Source of the DNA: Hamiltosporidium tvaerminnensis FI-OER-3-3
Taxonomy: Eukaryota > Fungi > Microsporidia
DNA length: 64,000 bases
Assembly (NCBI GenBank): GCA_022605425.2
Contig: JAKIMF020000001.1
Location: forward strand, 1,302,001 to 1,366,000
Direction of reading: 5' to 3'
A program made the translations under genes and the position numbers. The notes under the pieces are model-generated. The model had not been told where the DNA came from. It worked only from the letters and a program-made list of their open reading frames with translations, and ran no database searches. Positions 48,636-61,498 of this stretch are shown in pieces; position 1 is the stretch's first letter, and every line of letters begins with the position of its first letter.

Positions 48636-50420
48636 TTAATGTTTTTTCATGCAAAACTCTAGGCCCAATGATTTTAAAGATTCGACTGCCTCCTTCCTTT
48701 CAACAAGTTCTTGTTTATGGCTCCAACAAAACTTTCTTTTCATGATTTTAGAAACCTTATCGATCATGTAATATGCTTCTTTTACATCTATGAAACCGAT
48801 TCTATATCTTCTGAGGATAAAATCAGAAATTTTGATAGCCATCTCGTTATCAATCGTATACTCAACATCTTCTTCCGTAATATCATATATTGATGATATT
48901 TTGTTAATTTTATCATTTTTAATATAATCTCTTAGTTTATACGCTCTATCTCCGTAATTTGATACCCAGTTTTTAGCTACTTTTAATGGAACCTTTAGAT
49001 CTCTTTGTATTCTATATAACATCTCATGATTGTATGTATGTGATCCAAGTAAAGGAATGAATTTTGTTACACATGGTTGTTTAGTATTTAATTTAAAGGT
49101 TTTAATCGCTTTATTTATTGCATCTTCTGCCATTCTTCTATAGGTTGTCCATTTTCCACCTGATAATGTAATGGTTCTTTTATTGGTAACTTCTATGATG
49201 TGATTTCTAGCTAATGATTCTGTATTTTTCTTTGATGGATCTTTAACAAGAGGTCGAATACCTTTCCAGGCAGATAAAATTGTATTTTTCTCAAGATCAT
49301 CTGGATATGAAATTAAATGTTTGGTCTCATCAATTAAAAAGTTGATTTCGTCATTTGAGGGTTTTGGATTACTTTCTACTGAACATTTATTGTCTGTTGT
49401 ACCAGCTATAAGTTTATTTTTCCAGGGAATAAAAAAAAGTATACGTCCATCACTTGTTTGCGGAAAAACAAACCCCATGTTTTTCGGGCCAAACTCTTTT
49501 GGTAAAACTATATGTGTTCCGGAGCTCGGTACCACAATATTTCTTAACTCCTTATTAGTATCCTTTCTTATTGAGTCTGTAAACGGACCCGTAGTATTTA
49601 TAATTCCTTTGGATTTGATTTTAAAAGTTTCGCCTGTAATCTTATCTGTACACGTTGCACCGACGGAAATATCATTTTCTTTTAATATATTTTTTACTTC
49701 CACATAATTTGATATAACTGCTCCATGATAAGAAGAGGTCAAGGCTAACATCAAGTTGAGTCTTGAGTCGTCCATTTGTCCGTCATAATATATAACAGAA
49801 CCAGATAAATTATCTTTTTTAATTCTTGGAAATATTTCTATCGTTTTTGATTTTCCGATAAAATAACTTGAGCCAATAGATTTTGTACCTGATAACCAAT
49901 CATATAACTTTAGACCAACCCAAAAATATGGTACCATGATTTTATTATAAACAGGTAACATTATAGGTAATTTGTTCGCCAAATATGGCGCAATATTTAT
50001 AATATGCTTTCTTTCGTGAAGGGCTTCAAATACCAATTTAAATTGAGACAAATCAAAATATTTCATTGCTTTTTCTAAGTAACGAATTCCTCCGTGCAGT
50101 AACTTTGTGCTTTTTGAACTTGTTTCACATCCAAAATCGCCAGCATCTACAAGTGCTACAGATAAACCTCGAGTAACAGCATCCAGAGCACATCCCGATC
50201 CAGACGCACCACCTCCCACAACAAGCAAATCAAATTCTTTGGATTTCATTCTGTTTATACTTTCATTTCGTGATAATGGAGCCCAAGATAAAGATGGCTT
50301 CTTTTTATATTTTTTTTCCAATTCATGGTTTCTATAAAAATGATATCCTTCTTTTATCGTTTTATAGCCAGCATATCCCAGTAATATTGACCCAAGTAAA
50401 TATTTCGTATTCTTTTTCAT
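48636..50420 (-). CDS. GUT2: FAD-dependent glycerol-3-phosphate dehydrogenase (mitochondrial/mitosomal type)
   Basis: FDLLVVGGGASGSGCALDAVTRGL, TSSKSTKLLHGGIRYLEKA, YYDGQMDDSRLN and SGGKWTTYRRMAED, with an N-terminal hydrophobic anchor. Confidence 0.96.
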   Translation of the reverse strand: MKKNTKYLLGSILLGYAGYKTIKEGYHFYRNHELEKKYKKKPSLSWAPLSRNESINRMKSKEFDLLVVGGGASGSGCALDAVTRGLSVALVDAGDFGCETSSKSTKLLHGGIRYLEKAMKYFDLSQFKLVFEALHERKHIINIAPYLANKLPIMLPVYNKIMVPYFWVGLKLYDWLSGTKSIGSSYFIGKSKTIEIFPRIKKDNLSGSVIYYDGQMDDSRLNLMLALTSSYHGAVISNYVEVKNILKENDISVGATCTDKITGETFKIKSKGIINTTGPFTDSIRKDTNKELRNIVVPSSGTHIVLPKEFGPKNMGFVFPQTSDGRILFFIPWKNKLIAGTTDNKCSVESNPKPSNDEINFLIDETKHLISYPDDLEKNTILSAWKGIRPLVKDPSKKNTESLARNHIIEVTNKRTITLSGGKWTTYRRMAEDAINKAIKTFKLNTKQPCVTKFIPLLGSHTYNHEMLYRIQRDLKVPLKVAKNWVSNYGDRAYKLRDYIKNDKINKISSIYDITEEDVEYTIDNEMAIKISDFILRRYRIGFIDVKEAYYMIDKVSKIMKRKFCWSHKQELVERKEAVESLKSLGLEFCMKKH

Positions 50421-51401
50421 AATTAAGGAGATTTTTTGCTGTTATATTTTCAATTAAACCAATTATATTGCAAAGGACAATCAATCTGTTTTTGTTTTCT
50501 TATCAATGAAATAATAACAGTCAGAGATTATATTCTTAGAGAAACAAATTATTATCAACTTTAAATTCATTTTTTTAATAAAGACTAAATAATAAAAGCG
50601 ATATATATTATATCGCTACATGATCCATTAAGAAACAATAAAGAATCATATGATAATAAAATAATTTACTGGAAATAAAATATTATTTAATTAATTTTGA
50701 TTAAAATAAAATGTGCAAAAACAAAGAAAAAACAGAAAAATACATTTTTATTTTATACTGAATGGTTTTTCTGTGTTTTTACCCGGTTTATTTTACTCCT
50801 TTCCGGTTTCACTCTGCAGCCTAAATTTTTGACTTGTTTTTTATATTTGAAATGACAAATATTTTTCTGTGTTTTATCCACAGTTCAGGAGTTCAATAAT
50901 TCTGGTATTTGTTTACTTAACACTCTCCTCTTATTATGTACTTAAGCAATAGTTATATGGGTTTTGTATACATCTTTATACTTTATATGACTTCGTTATA
51001 AGCTTCTCCTCGGTCCAATTATTTTCAGCAATTCAAGAACTATTCTTCTATGAAATGCGTTTTTATTATAATTTATACTTGTTTCTTTTTAAATATCTTT
51101 GTAATATCAGATAAAAAATTAGTCATTTTTTTCACATATTTTACTCTCAAAAACAATATACGAATTAAAATAAAATAGCGACTTAGATTAATAGGTTATG
51201 GTTAAAAAAATCAATGAGAATTTGTTTTATTCAAAAATTTTTAAAATTTAAAATTTATTTTAAAAATTTAAGGAGTCATTCTCTAAATATTTCTGTAATT
51301 TATATCTACGATAAGATTTTTTTTATTTAAACTATTCACTTAAGAAAAATTAAAGAATTTTATTTAAAATTGAATATTCGCTAAAAAATATTTTTATTTG
51401 A

Positions 51402-51622
51402 TAACTACAGATTAAAAAACCAAGCAAAAAGTTTCAAAAAATTAATATTAAGTTCTACGTCTATTATATGAAACTCTAACTACAGATTAAAAAAGCAAGC
51501 AAAAAGTTTCAAAAATTAATATTAAGTTCTACGTCTATTATATGAAACTCTAACTACAGATTAAAAATGCAAGCAAAAAGTTTCAAAAATTAATATTAAG
51601 TTCTAAGTCTATTATATGAAAC
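51402..51622. repeat. Tandem repeat, ~74-75 bp x3
   Basis: TAACTACAGATTAAAAA recurs at 51402, 51477 and 51551. Confidence 0.9.
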
Positions 51623-51649
51623 CCCATGGTTTAACTTTGATACAAATAT

Positions 51650-52876
51650 TCAAAGTATTTCCAATTTTTTGTTATCAGAATAAATTACAGTAGAATTTTT
51701 TAAATTATTTTTTACGAATTCTAAGAAATCGATAGGTATTTCTATATTTCTTATATCTAGAAATTTAAGTGTTTTTGTATATTTTCTCACAATATCATAC
51801 AATTTTATGATTGGAAAATCACATTTTGAAAATGAAATTTGTTCTAATGAAGTATATTGTTTACAAATAAAATCAAAACATTCTTGATCAATTTTTGCCT
51901 CATTAAAACTTATTTCTTTCAAATCACTAAAATTAAGCATTTCAAGTTTAATTAATTTAATATGTGAATCAAATAATTTAAAACTTTTTATATCCGAATA
52001 ATTTAAAGTATATAAAATATCTTTACAATTCTCCATAAAAATATTTGGTATTTTAGTAATTATATTGCAATAAATGAATTTAAAATTACATTCTTCAAAT
52101 TTAAAAACATTTAAATGAAGATTATTTACAATTTTATATATAAATTCTTCAGATATTTTCATTTGAATAATTTTTAGTTTTTTTAATTGTGTTTTTAGAA
52201 TAATAGATTGCAATAACGATTCATTTATATTATTTGAACCATTAATATTTACATTTTTTAAAGTAATTCCAATTAAAGAATTAATTTGTATAATTTTTTC
52301 AAGTTCAATCAAATTAATATACATTTCTTCTATTTTTACATTTTTGATTTTGTAACGACTAATATTTTTACGGATTGAAATATTTTTTACATTTTTTATT
52401 TTTAATTTTTGTAAATTTAAATCTTCAATAAATTCAAAATTAAAATAATTAATGTCCATAACATCCAACACTTTCAAATTTACAAAACCAATCATTTTCT
52501 GTGTAAAACTTGTAGATGATTTCAATATTAAATGTGTTTCTCTATACCTTCTATTAATAGACTTAAGATTCGTTTTTTTATAAACCATCAAAAACCTCCC
52601 CGATAATAATTTTCCAAAATTTTTATTGTATTTACACAAAACACAATGCGCCAATTCTAAAGGAAGTTTTACTTTTAATAAATTTTTACCAGTAAATTCT
52701 TTATAATTATTTTTCATATTTTTGTTTTCTTTTTCTATTTTTCTATTTTTTATATCTTTTTTTTGTCCAATATTCAACATATTTGTCATTTTTTCATTTA
52801 AAGAATTTTGCCGAGATATTGATAAAGGTTTTTCTTCTTTATTATTCTTTTTTAAATAATCTGATATTCTTTTCAT
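51650..52876 (-). CDS. F-box-like / leucine-rich-repeat protein
   Basis: Intact 408 aa with the F-box-like start KLPLELAHCVL and LRR units LKEISFNEAKI, LEQISFSKCDF, LKFLDIRNIEI. Confidence 0.65.
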   Translation of the reverse strand: MKRISDYLKKNNKEEKPLSISRQNSLNEKMTNMLNIGQKKDIKNRKIEKENKNMKNNYKEFTGKNLLKVKLPLELAHCVLCKYNKNFGKLLSGRFLMVYKKTNLKSINRRYRETHLILKSSTSFTQKMIGFVNLKVLDVMDINYFNFEFIEDLNLQKLKIKNVKNISIRKNISRYKIKNVKIEEMYINLIELEKIIQINSLIGITLKNVNINGSNNINESLLQSIILKTQLKKLKIIQMKISEEFIYKIVNNLHLNVFKFEECNFKFIYCNIITKIPNIFMENCKDILYTLNYSDIKSFKLFDSHIKLIKLEMLNFSDLKEISFNEAKIDQECFDFICKQYTSLEQISFSKCDFPIIKLYDIVRKYTKTLKFLDIRNIEIPIDFLEFVKNNLKNSTVIYSDNKKLEIL

Positions 52877-53811
52877 TTAATGATTTGTTTAGAAGGATTA
52901 AGAATTAAGGATTTATAAAAGAATATTTTTCGAACGTAAGAACTTTTTATTAATCTGAAACATTTACTAAAAAAAGGTTGTTTACGAATATTCACCAATC
53001 GTAAAGATTTACAATATATCTGATTTCTTTTGTATGAAAAATGATTTACACAAAAAAATTCTTATACTAAAGACTCATTAGTTAATGTGACTTATTTTTT
53101 AGGATAAAGGATTTATAAAATAGTATTTCAAAAGAGAAGACTTATTTGTTAATGTGACTTATTTTTTAGGATAAAGGATTTATACAAAAATATTTATTAA
53201 GGTAAATAAATACCTATAAATTATTAGAACGTACTTTTTATATGAAAAGTTAAATACAGAATAATTTTTAGATCTTTTTTTCTTCAATTAAAACTTTATA
53301 AATATTAATACAGAATTTAATATTTAGATTTATTATTTTTAATTTGTAAATATTAATTCAGATCTTTTTTTAATTATTTGTTCATTTTTTTCTTAAGACA
53401 TTTTTACTTTTACAAAGCAATAATTTAGTTTGATTTTTTAATAGGAATGATTTAAAAAACATAAATAAAATTTATATTTCAAATAATTTTTTAATACTTT
53501 ACTTATCTTTATAGATTTAAAGAAAAATTATTTTTAATTACGTACCAAATAGTTTAAATTAAAATTTATATTAAATAAATTAAAAAACGAGAAAATAAGT
53601 AAAAAAATCAAATAAAAAAACAAAGAGAAAATAAAAAACTTTGAATAATTTATTTTTCAATTGTAGTTCTTTAAATTACAAATATATATTTATTTAGTAA
53701 AATACATTATAATTAGATTTATAATTATTAAATAAATATATATTTGTAAATTAAAGAACTACAATGGAAAAATAATTTTTAAAAGGATTTATTAAAAGTT
53801 TAAAATGAATT

Positions 53812-53966
53812 CTTTGTCTTTAAATTTAAAGTAAATATTATTTTTAATTTTTTTAATTATAGAGTCCAACTGTATGATTCATTACAGTCCTTTGTCTTTA
53901 AATTTAAGTAAATATTATTTTTAATTTTTTTAATTATAGAGTCCAACTGTATGATTCATTACAGTC
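53812..53966. repeat. 78-bp tandem duplication covering the 3' end of the small ORF
   Basis: CTTTGTCTTTAAATTT...ATTACAGTC at 53812 and 53890. Confidence 0.9.
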
Positions 53967-54101
53967 AATAGCATATTTACTGGTGGATGTAGATTCATCA
54001 GATGAAAAATAACAGTCATCTACAGTAAATTCTAAAAGTTTCATTTCTTCTGTAACATTTAACTGGCTTCCATTAATAAAATCTTCTTCGGTATTTTTCA
54101 T
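53934..54101 (-). CDS. Small acidic hypothetical protein (55 aa from MKNTEEDF)
   Basis: Coding-like GC relative to the flanks; starts about 40 bp after the fibrillarin stop on the same strand. Confidence 0.4.
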   Translation of the reverse strand: MKNTEEDFINGSQLNVTEEMKLLEFTVDDCYFSSDESTSTSKYAIDCNESYSWTL

Positions 54102-54139
54102 AAAAAAATTATGCAAAAAAATATAAAAAACGATAAAAA

Positions 54140-54964
54140 TTATTTATTTTTTTTAGAAGCTCTGAAGACACCGACCACTATAGCGTGATCTTTTTCAAAC
54201 GGTTCAAGTGTAACTTGTTCTTTGGGTTTGATCCCTTCTTTTCTTAATCTGTCTACTTCGTTGGCAAATACTGTTTCCGGTGGAAGTGTAGAATCTACAC
54301 AATTAGCTTTTATTGACATGACTACACCCCCATCTTCTTTTAAATAATATTGTGCATTTAAGGCTACAATTCTTGCTTGGTCTGGTTGTGCCACATCAGA
54401 AAAAATACAGTCAACCATTGGAACCAACATTCTGTATTTGTAAGGATGTCTTGCATCATCAATAATAGGAACAATATTTGTACGTTTTTTTGCTAAATTT
54501 ATTAAGTCTCGTCCAGATCTCTGACTAAATTCTACTGCGTATACCGTGCCTTTGGGGCCGATCATATCAGAAACATGAGATACACTTGTACCAGATGCAG
54601 CACCAAGATATAATACTTTTGTTCCTGGTTGTATATAAATATTATCTAGTCCGCTAAGAATACCGGCAGCAAGTTTGCTTCTAAATGGGTTCCACGACCG
54701 ATATTCAATTTTTTGGTCGTTTTCAGTCACAGAAATTCTTTTTTCGTTGTACACACTGAAACCAACGTTCATGTTTCGTGTGACCAATGCATCTTCTTTA
54801 CCCTTCGATACAAAAACACCCGGAAATCTTTCGTGTGGAACTATTATAACTTTTTTGGGTGCCACTGGTTTACTTGGTCTTCTTCCTTGACTCTGTGGTC
54901 TTCGGCCATCGTTCTTACGAAAATTTCCTTTTCTTTTTTGATCTTGTCTAAAGTTGGTACCCAT
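54140..54964 (-). CDS. NOP1: Fibrillarin rRNA 2'-O-methyltransferase
   Basis: [56 protein letters not shown] and [13 protein letters not shown]. Confidence 0.97.
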   Translation of the reverse strand: MGTNFRQDQKRKGNFRKNDGRRPQSQGRRPSKPVAPKKVIIVPHERFPGVFVSKGKEDALVTRNMNVGFSVYNEKRISVTENDQKIEYRSWNPFRSKLAAGILSGLDNIYIQPGTKVLYLGAASGTSVSHVSDMIGPKGTVYAVEFSQRSGRDLINLAKKRTNIVPIIDDARHPYKYRMLVPMVDCIFSDVAQPDQARIVALNAQYYLKEDGGVVMSIKANCVDSTLPPETVFANEVDRLRKEGIKPKEQVTLEPFEKDHAIVVGVFRASKKNK

Positions 54965-55075
54965 AAAAATATTTGTGTCGGTTTTTTAAAAAAGGAAATA
55001 AAAAATTATTTCAATATTTTTTGCGGTTATAAAGACCAAAGAAAATAAAACGAAAACACTTTTTATTTCAATTAA

Positions 55076-55285
55076 TTTTGAAAATTAAAATGATTTTTGT
55101 GGGTGAAATATACCGAAGGAAATATAAAGCGTAAACACTTGCTATAGAATCCAAAGGAGTTTTGAAAATTAAAATGATTTTTGTGGGTGAAATATACCGA
55201 AGGAAATATAAAGCGTAAACACTTGCTATAGAATCCAAAGAAGTTTTGAAAATTAAAATTATTTTTCTTTTGGTTGAAATATACA
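55076..55285. repeat. 84-bp tandem repeat (~2.5 copies) upstream of fibrillarin
   Basis: TTTTGAAAATTAAAAT recurs at 55076, 55160 and 55244. Confidence 0.9.
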
Positions 55286-58200
55286 TAAGAAAAAATACGA
55301 TACCACATATCAAGCATTTAAATAAATTTTAAAATTAAAATTATTTTCGTGGATGAGCGGTTTAAATTTTTTTAAAAAACTGAATTTTGTAAAGTCAAAC
55401 GTCTGATATTGAATAAATTATTAAAAATATGTTTTAAGATATGCTTTTTTATATTCAAAACACTGATAAAATAGAAATTATTTGATTCATAATTTAGATC
55501 AAATAAAACATAATAATAAAAGAAAATATAATTACGTAGGTAGAACCGTTTACAATCACTATATTCAGAATCTAAGTTTGTTGTTAGAAGTTTTTGACAT
55601 AACAATTACATATATAAAATAAAATAATATCTCAATTTAAAAATCATATTATTTTAAATTGAAGCTTGTTTCATAATTTACACATTAATCTTGGATTTTT
55701 AATATATTCATATCGAACAATTTTTAATGAAACTAATTTTTCATGAAATATTTATAATTTAACTTCTTTCGTTTAAAAATAGTTAATTTTTTTAGGATAT
55801 ATACACGCTTATTTGTATAATAATTACAGATAGATCAAATGACTAATTTCTCTGTATTATATAATATATAAAACCCGTTAAGGAACAAAGTATTGTTTAA
55901 AAGCTACCATGATAATTATTTTTAAGGAATTTACTATTTTTTAGATTAGTATTTAGCCTAAGATTAAGATTAATGTGACCAGAATATGTGAATGATTGTG
56001 GTATTATATATAGTTTATTACTCTTATATATATTTATCTTTCGAAATAACTGTATAAAGATGTCTGCTTTGGATAAATATGTGTATAAAACAATATAAAT
56101 TTTTAATAGAATAAATTTAACCGTTTTAAAACCATCAGTCTACTATTAAACATGTTGAGCTGTTTTATTAGTATTTGATATAACTAAGTATCTAATTATT
56201 TGTAATCCCTGTTCACTTTAAAATCACATGTCTGTATAACAGTATAGGTATCTTAGAACGAAAATCATCTGTATCAAACTAATATATTTTAAGAAGAAGT
56301 TTAATCAAAATCAAATTTATTAAAAAGTACCTTATCTAAAGTATTTGAGAATATGCTAAAATTCGATAAAATTATAACTCTATGAATACTAAAAAGCCTA
56401 TAAATTATTCAATTTAAAGTTTTATGAAATAAGATTTCATCTAAAGACCCGTAAAAATTAGATTAATTTTTTTACTAATGTGTAGAAAGAAAAAGAATTA
56501 CAGTGTATAATTTGAAAAATATTTCTTACTATAAACAGTGGGTTTGAAAAATTTAAAGATTAATACTATCCTGGAGTATATATACATTTTAATTTAATTG
56601 TATAGCGTAGACTTGTTAAATGTTTTGTTTCACTTCCGAGTAATTTGGCTTACCCATTATATTAAAATCTCAACTTTAATGTCTGATTATCAAAAAAATT
56701 ATATATAGAACAATTTAAGACCTAAGGTGATGTACTGGTGTGGAAAATTGATATTGTCCAAAAGAAATTGAAATATGCCAGACTTATAAATACAGAAAAT
56801 ATTAAGAAAATATATGTATCATGTAGAATCCAAAAAGACGAGTAGCTAAATCGTGTTAACTTCGAGCGACATGATTTCAATCAAAACTGAGTTGTATTGA
56901 TAAAGATAAAAAAAACAAGCACCAATAGGTGAGTTATCTCGAATTAATGCTACGAACTTGCGTGTAAAAAAGGATGTAATACATAATCTATAAATATTTT
57001 GAAGAATTCAGAGATGCCTAAAACTTAAATGGCTAGATGAGATAAAAAAATTCGGGTTATCTGGGCATATAAGAATTTAAAAATGAGCTTAATAGATTGC
57101 AAAGCGATTGAGAAGTTATTTATAATCTAGTCATTGAAAATATTTCCTTTTTAGCTTTTTTATAAGATGTTTAATTACTCTTAATATTATCGTTTTTACA
57201 AGATTGAGAAAAACCAAATCGGTTATTCCTGTTCCCTTGTACCTCTAGATTACAAGCATATATCAATAGAAGTTTTCTGTTTGTTCCTTTCAATCTGTTA
57301 CCACACGGTATTAATGAGATTTTGCCTATAGATATAGTGTGTTTCATAACCCACTAAAATATGAACAATGATTTTCAAAAAATTCTACAGTCTCATTGCC
57401 AAACAGAAATTTTTTAATGTTGTTATACTTCCTCCACCAATGAGAATATACAATATATACCATTTTTGATCACAATAAAATTTTAAGTTTATTTTTTAAA
57501 CTATGAAACACCGCATAAATTATTTTAATAGTTTGTTTTGCATTAATTTAGATATTCATACCGTTCGTTTTTTTCTATTATAATTAGCTAATGATTGCAA
57601 ATCCCTTTCACATAATGGTATTTTTAAATTAACTAAAAAATTTTGTATTTTAATCCCGGTTCAAAAGTATATCCGTTTTATGATGAATTTATATTTCATA
57701 TATAAGTATTTAAAAAAACAATATTTTTAATATAACTCGCTTTTTCTTATGTCAAACCTATACATTGAAGAATCGCATATTTAGATAAAGTGTGTATATT
57801 AAAACCAAAGGCAGAGATTAACTTCGGAAATCAGTAGAAGGTGTTAGAACCGTAAAAAAGTGTAAATTTAAACCCTTTCTAATTTCACCAATAAAGCGGA
57901 TAAAAATAATTCTAGGTCACATGAAAAATCGTAAAAACACTTCCTAAATTTATTCCTATGCTTATTTGATAAATTCATATAAAATACACGACCATATAGC
58001 TAAATTTGACTATTAATCACCAAAATATCAAAAAAGGAAATTGATAATCAAGATGCCTTTAAAAATCTTGAATAATGAAGCTGAGTTTAATTTTTTTATT
58101 TAATATCTATGGCTATTTAGATTCGGAAATCTTTAATTTATTTAAGAATAAACACAAGTAGAGATGTATTAAAGTAAAAATATTCTTTTATTCATAATAA

Positions 58201-60107
58201 CTCAATCATTTCTTGAAATAAAATCAAAACGATATAATCTTTATTTATTTAAAACATATTACAAATCTTGAAAAAATATCCAACAAGAACATTAGAAATA
58301 TATAAAATTGGAAAAAAGTATAACATGAGTTTATTTAGAATCAAAATATCATTGAAATGAGAGAAGAATTGATCACCTATAATATCAACATAATATTTTA
58401 AAAAAATCATACTAATGGATATAAATGAAAAAATCAGTTCTGCATATTTACAAAATGAAATAAAATTAAGGCTTTGAACTGCTCGAAAAATAATTCGAAG
58501 AAAATGTGTGTTTTGAAATTCATAACGATATCCGAAAACCCTCCCACAAAACGACCATTCATAACACTAGTCACTTACCGTAAATAAATGGTTGTTAAAC
58601 TAGCTTGGTTTGATGGATAAACATCATAGTCTCGTCTTCCTGCCCCAATGCTTCTGCATGTAGACCAGCCAAAACATTACAACCCTCATTACCGGTTCAA
58701 TTCAAAGTGAAATTGACTGATAAGTTACACAGAATATGTACTTCAGTCAAAAAATTTGAGCAGGGGGTGAATCTAATGCTCTTGCAGAATACATAAGAGA
58801 AATGAGAGAATACCTGGAATGACTGATTTGCAGTTACTTGGCACTAAAAGAAAAATTCGCTTGCGCTGTTAGCATCTGGTAAGAAAAATTGGCACCTAAT
58901 GATTCATAAAGCGAAAAAAAGTTTGAAGATAGTATAGAGCCCCTGAACGCAACTGGTTCACAATGAGCTATATTACCGAGTGACACAGCCCTCTATATCA
59001 GATAAATGAAAATATTTGTGAAAAATCAAAGAACTTTCGAACCAATAAATCGGAAAAGCGGTGGTAAAACTCAATAATACAAAACTAATTAGTTGAAATT
59101 AATTTTTCGGCCTTCATTAATCGAATAGCAGTAAAATTTTCGAGCTCAAATACATTGTTTAATTATGAATGCGAGCATATCATATATTGCGCTGGTATGC
59201 CATTACGAAGCACTGAAAAAGAGAAGCCAAGATCCATTTCGAAGTAAACTATAGGGTTTAAGTCACCAGGTTAGACATTTTAAATGATATCCTTGAAATA
59301 TTCAAGGCAGGGAAATTCACAGTCTTAGAAAAAAAAGCCTCTACCAAATCATGCGGGATCTTATTTAAATTTACAGCAAAAAAAAATTTAAATTTTAGTT
59401 CAGAAGTTTAGTCTTTGCATGTATCGTTAAAAAAACCTATGATGTATGAAAGTATGCTGTAGTACCTAAAAGAGAATATTTTATTTAACCTGTTCCGATA
59501 CCGGTTTTATTTTTTTTATTTGAGCTTTAAATCTGAGATGTTGTTATTCATGAAAATCCTAAGCTTTTAGTCTGGAATAGAGAAAAATCTAAATCAATCA
59601 CGTTTGATGATTATTTGACCTGATTTGTATTATATGCTTATCCGCTAAAGTTTCCTTCACTTGATGAATCTATTGGCATCATTAACCTCATCAAACTGGA
59701 AAGCAGCTAGCATTGAGAGTATTTATAATTCTTTCCCTTAGAATAATTACAACTTTTGAGATATCTTTATAATAATCTAAAAATAATATGTTTAGTTGAT
59801 AAATCTCAATAGATTTGTTATATTGTGAGCTTGTGTATATGATATACAAGAGTGCACTAAAAATATGTTTTTATTATATCACATCAATCTATTCTCAATC
59901 TCAATAATTAAACCTAAATATGCAACAAAAGTCGTCCAGTCTGTGGTAAATGGACGATATTTATCATCGGATATGTAGTAATAAGATAAGAAATGAGTAA
60001 GGTGCAAAAAAAATTCTCTTAAGCATGTTGCTCTTAACAAAGAGTATTTAAATAATTATAGGCGTTTTTAATTAATATAATTGTCCTAGCAATTAATATC
60101 ACAATTT

Positions 60108-61498
60108 TTCGATCAGTATCATAATTACTGCAATCAATATCATAATCCTCGAACTCAAATTGTAATTGTTTTTAACAAATAGAAATTGAAAAAATAATCT
60201 ATTTGATTAAAAATTGACTCCCATGTAACTTTTTTTCAGGTCAAAATACCAACGAAAAGAAATATCGTTTTCTAATCGGTGAAGCACCAGAATGTATAGA
60301 GCATGAAAATGACAATTGTTTGAGGTGTCTTGTGGAATCATCGGTATCACGCAATGAAAATCTCCCACTAACCACCATTTCAACTCCGAGGAAACAAATG
60401 GTTTCTAATAATGATCGAGAACGCATAATTTTAAAGACATTAGAAGGTCATTCTATATCTTCAATTGCCTCAATGTATCGAATAAATTACCAGACGGTTA
60501 ATAGTATCGTCAAACGATATGGAAAAACCGGCCTGGTATTTGTCGAGAAAAGAAGTGGGGATATGCCCTCAAAGTCAACTTTGGAAATCAAAGAGTGCTT
60601 GCCAACCTATGTTAATTCGGAGTGTATAAAAACCCTGCATGAGTTGGTAGAATGGGTCAAAAGTAAATTTAATGTTGATGTGTCAACTAGAACGATTTAT
60701 CGCGCACTAAGAGAGTTCCATTACACTTTAAAGCATGAACATTGGTGCTTGACTATAGAAATTCATCTTCAACAATTGAGCTTGGAAAAATTTGCAACTA
60801 ATTTTCGGGAGTTAGAGGTAAATAACGATGACAAAACTTTTCTTTTTAGATGAAGTTAGGTTTGGAGTAGTAACATGCCCAAGTAGAGGTCGTAATATGA
60901 GAGGTGAGTCTGTATGCTTATCAGTGACTGCAGCCTGAAATAGAAATATTTCGGTGCTCGCAGCAATGAAGAAATATGGTATGATATACCATAAGATTCA
61001 TGAGAGATCCGTAAGTGGAGAAGACTTCAATTTTTCTATGAAGAAATTAAAAAAAATTGTCACCGGCATAGAATTTCGAGTTCTATCTTTGTACTGAACA
61101 CTGCGAGAATTAATCACTATCGTGGATCGGATGATAATGAGGAAATTACCTCGTTTCAAATAAAATACCTTCTTCCTTACTCTTATCTTCTTAATACAGT
61201 TGAAAATGTATTCTTATTCTAGAAAAATAAAGTAATTTGAGGTGGTACGCGTACTAAGCCTCACTTGAGAAAATTAATTTGTGAAAAATTTTAAAAGATC
61301 ACGGAAAAACTTGTAGTTTTTTTTTATCAAAAAATGTTAGGGTATTTGCAAAAAGGCTAAAGCAAGACAAGTAATTCCTAAATAAAATCTCAAGTACTAT
61401 TTATCTTTTATTTTTTTAAATTTTTATTTGAAAAAAAAATTATTGTATTGATAGCAACAATTATGATATTGGTTGCAAGGATTATTATATTTATCGAA
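60108..61498 (+). mobile_element. Tc1/mariner (IS630-like DDE) transposon with disrupted transposase
   Basis: HTH region MVSNNDRERIILKTLEGHSISSIASMYRINYQTVNSIVKRY...VSTRTIYRAL and catalytic remnants FLDEVRFG, FVLNTARINH and LPYSYLLNTVENVF. Inverted repeats 60108-60146 and 61460-61498 match at 32/39. The true termini may extend slightly further. Confidence 0.88.

Noticed and set aside
50701-51126. Minus-strand frame MTNFLSDITKIF...LHILF with 12 internal stops; also an AATTTTTGA Sm-like site on + (~50824) suggesting an snRNA
   Set aside because: The stop frequency equals random expectation. There is no U5 loop GCCTTTTAC or other snRNA core. At most a decayed gene.
3103-54890. Antisense or overlapping ORFs within real genes (3103, 10892, 12932, 20003, 20705, 21032, 21725, 21795, 24255, 24942, 25629, 26184, 46317, 48711, 49321, 50107, 54675)
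   Set aside because: Shadow ORFs opposite conserved CDSs with no independent features.
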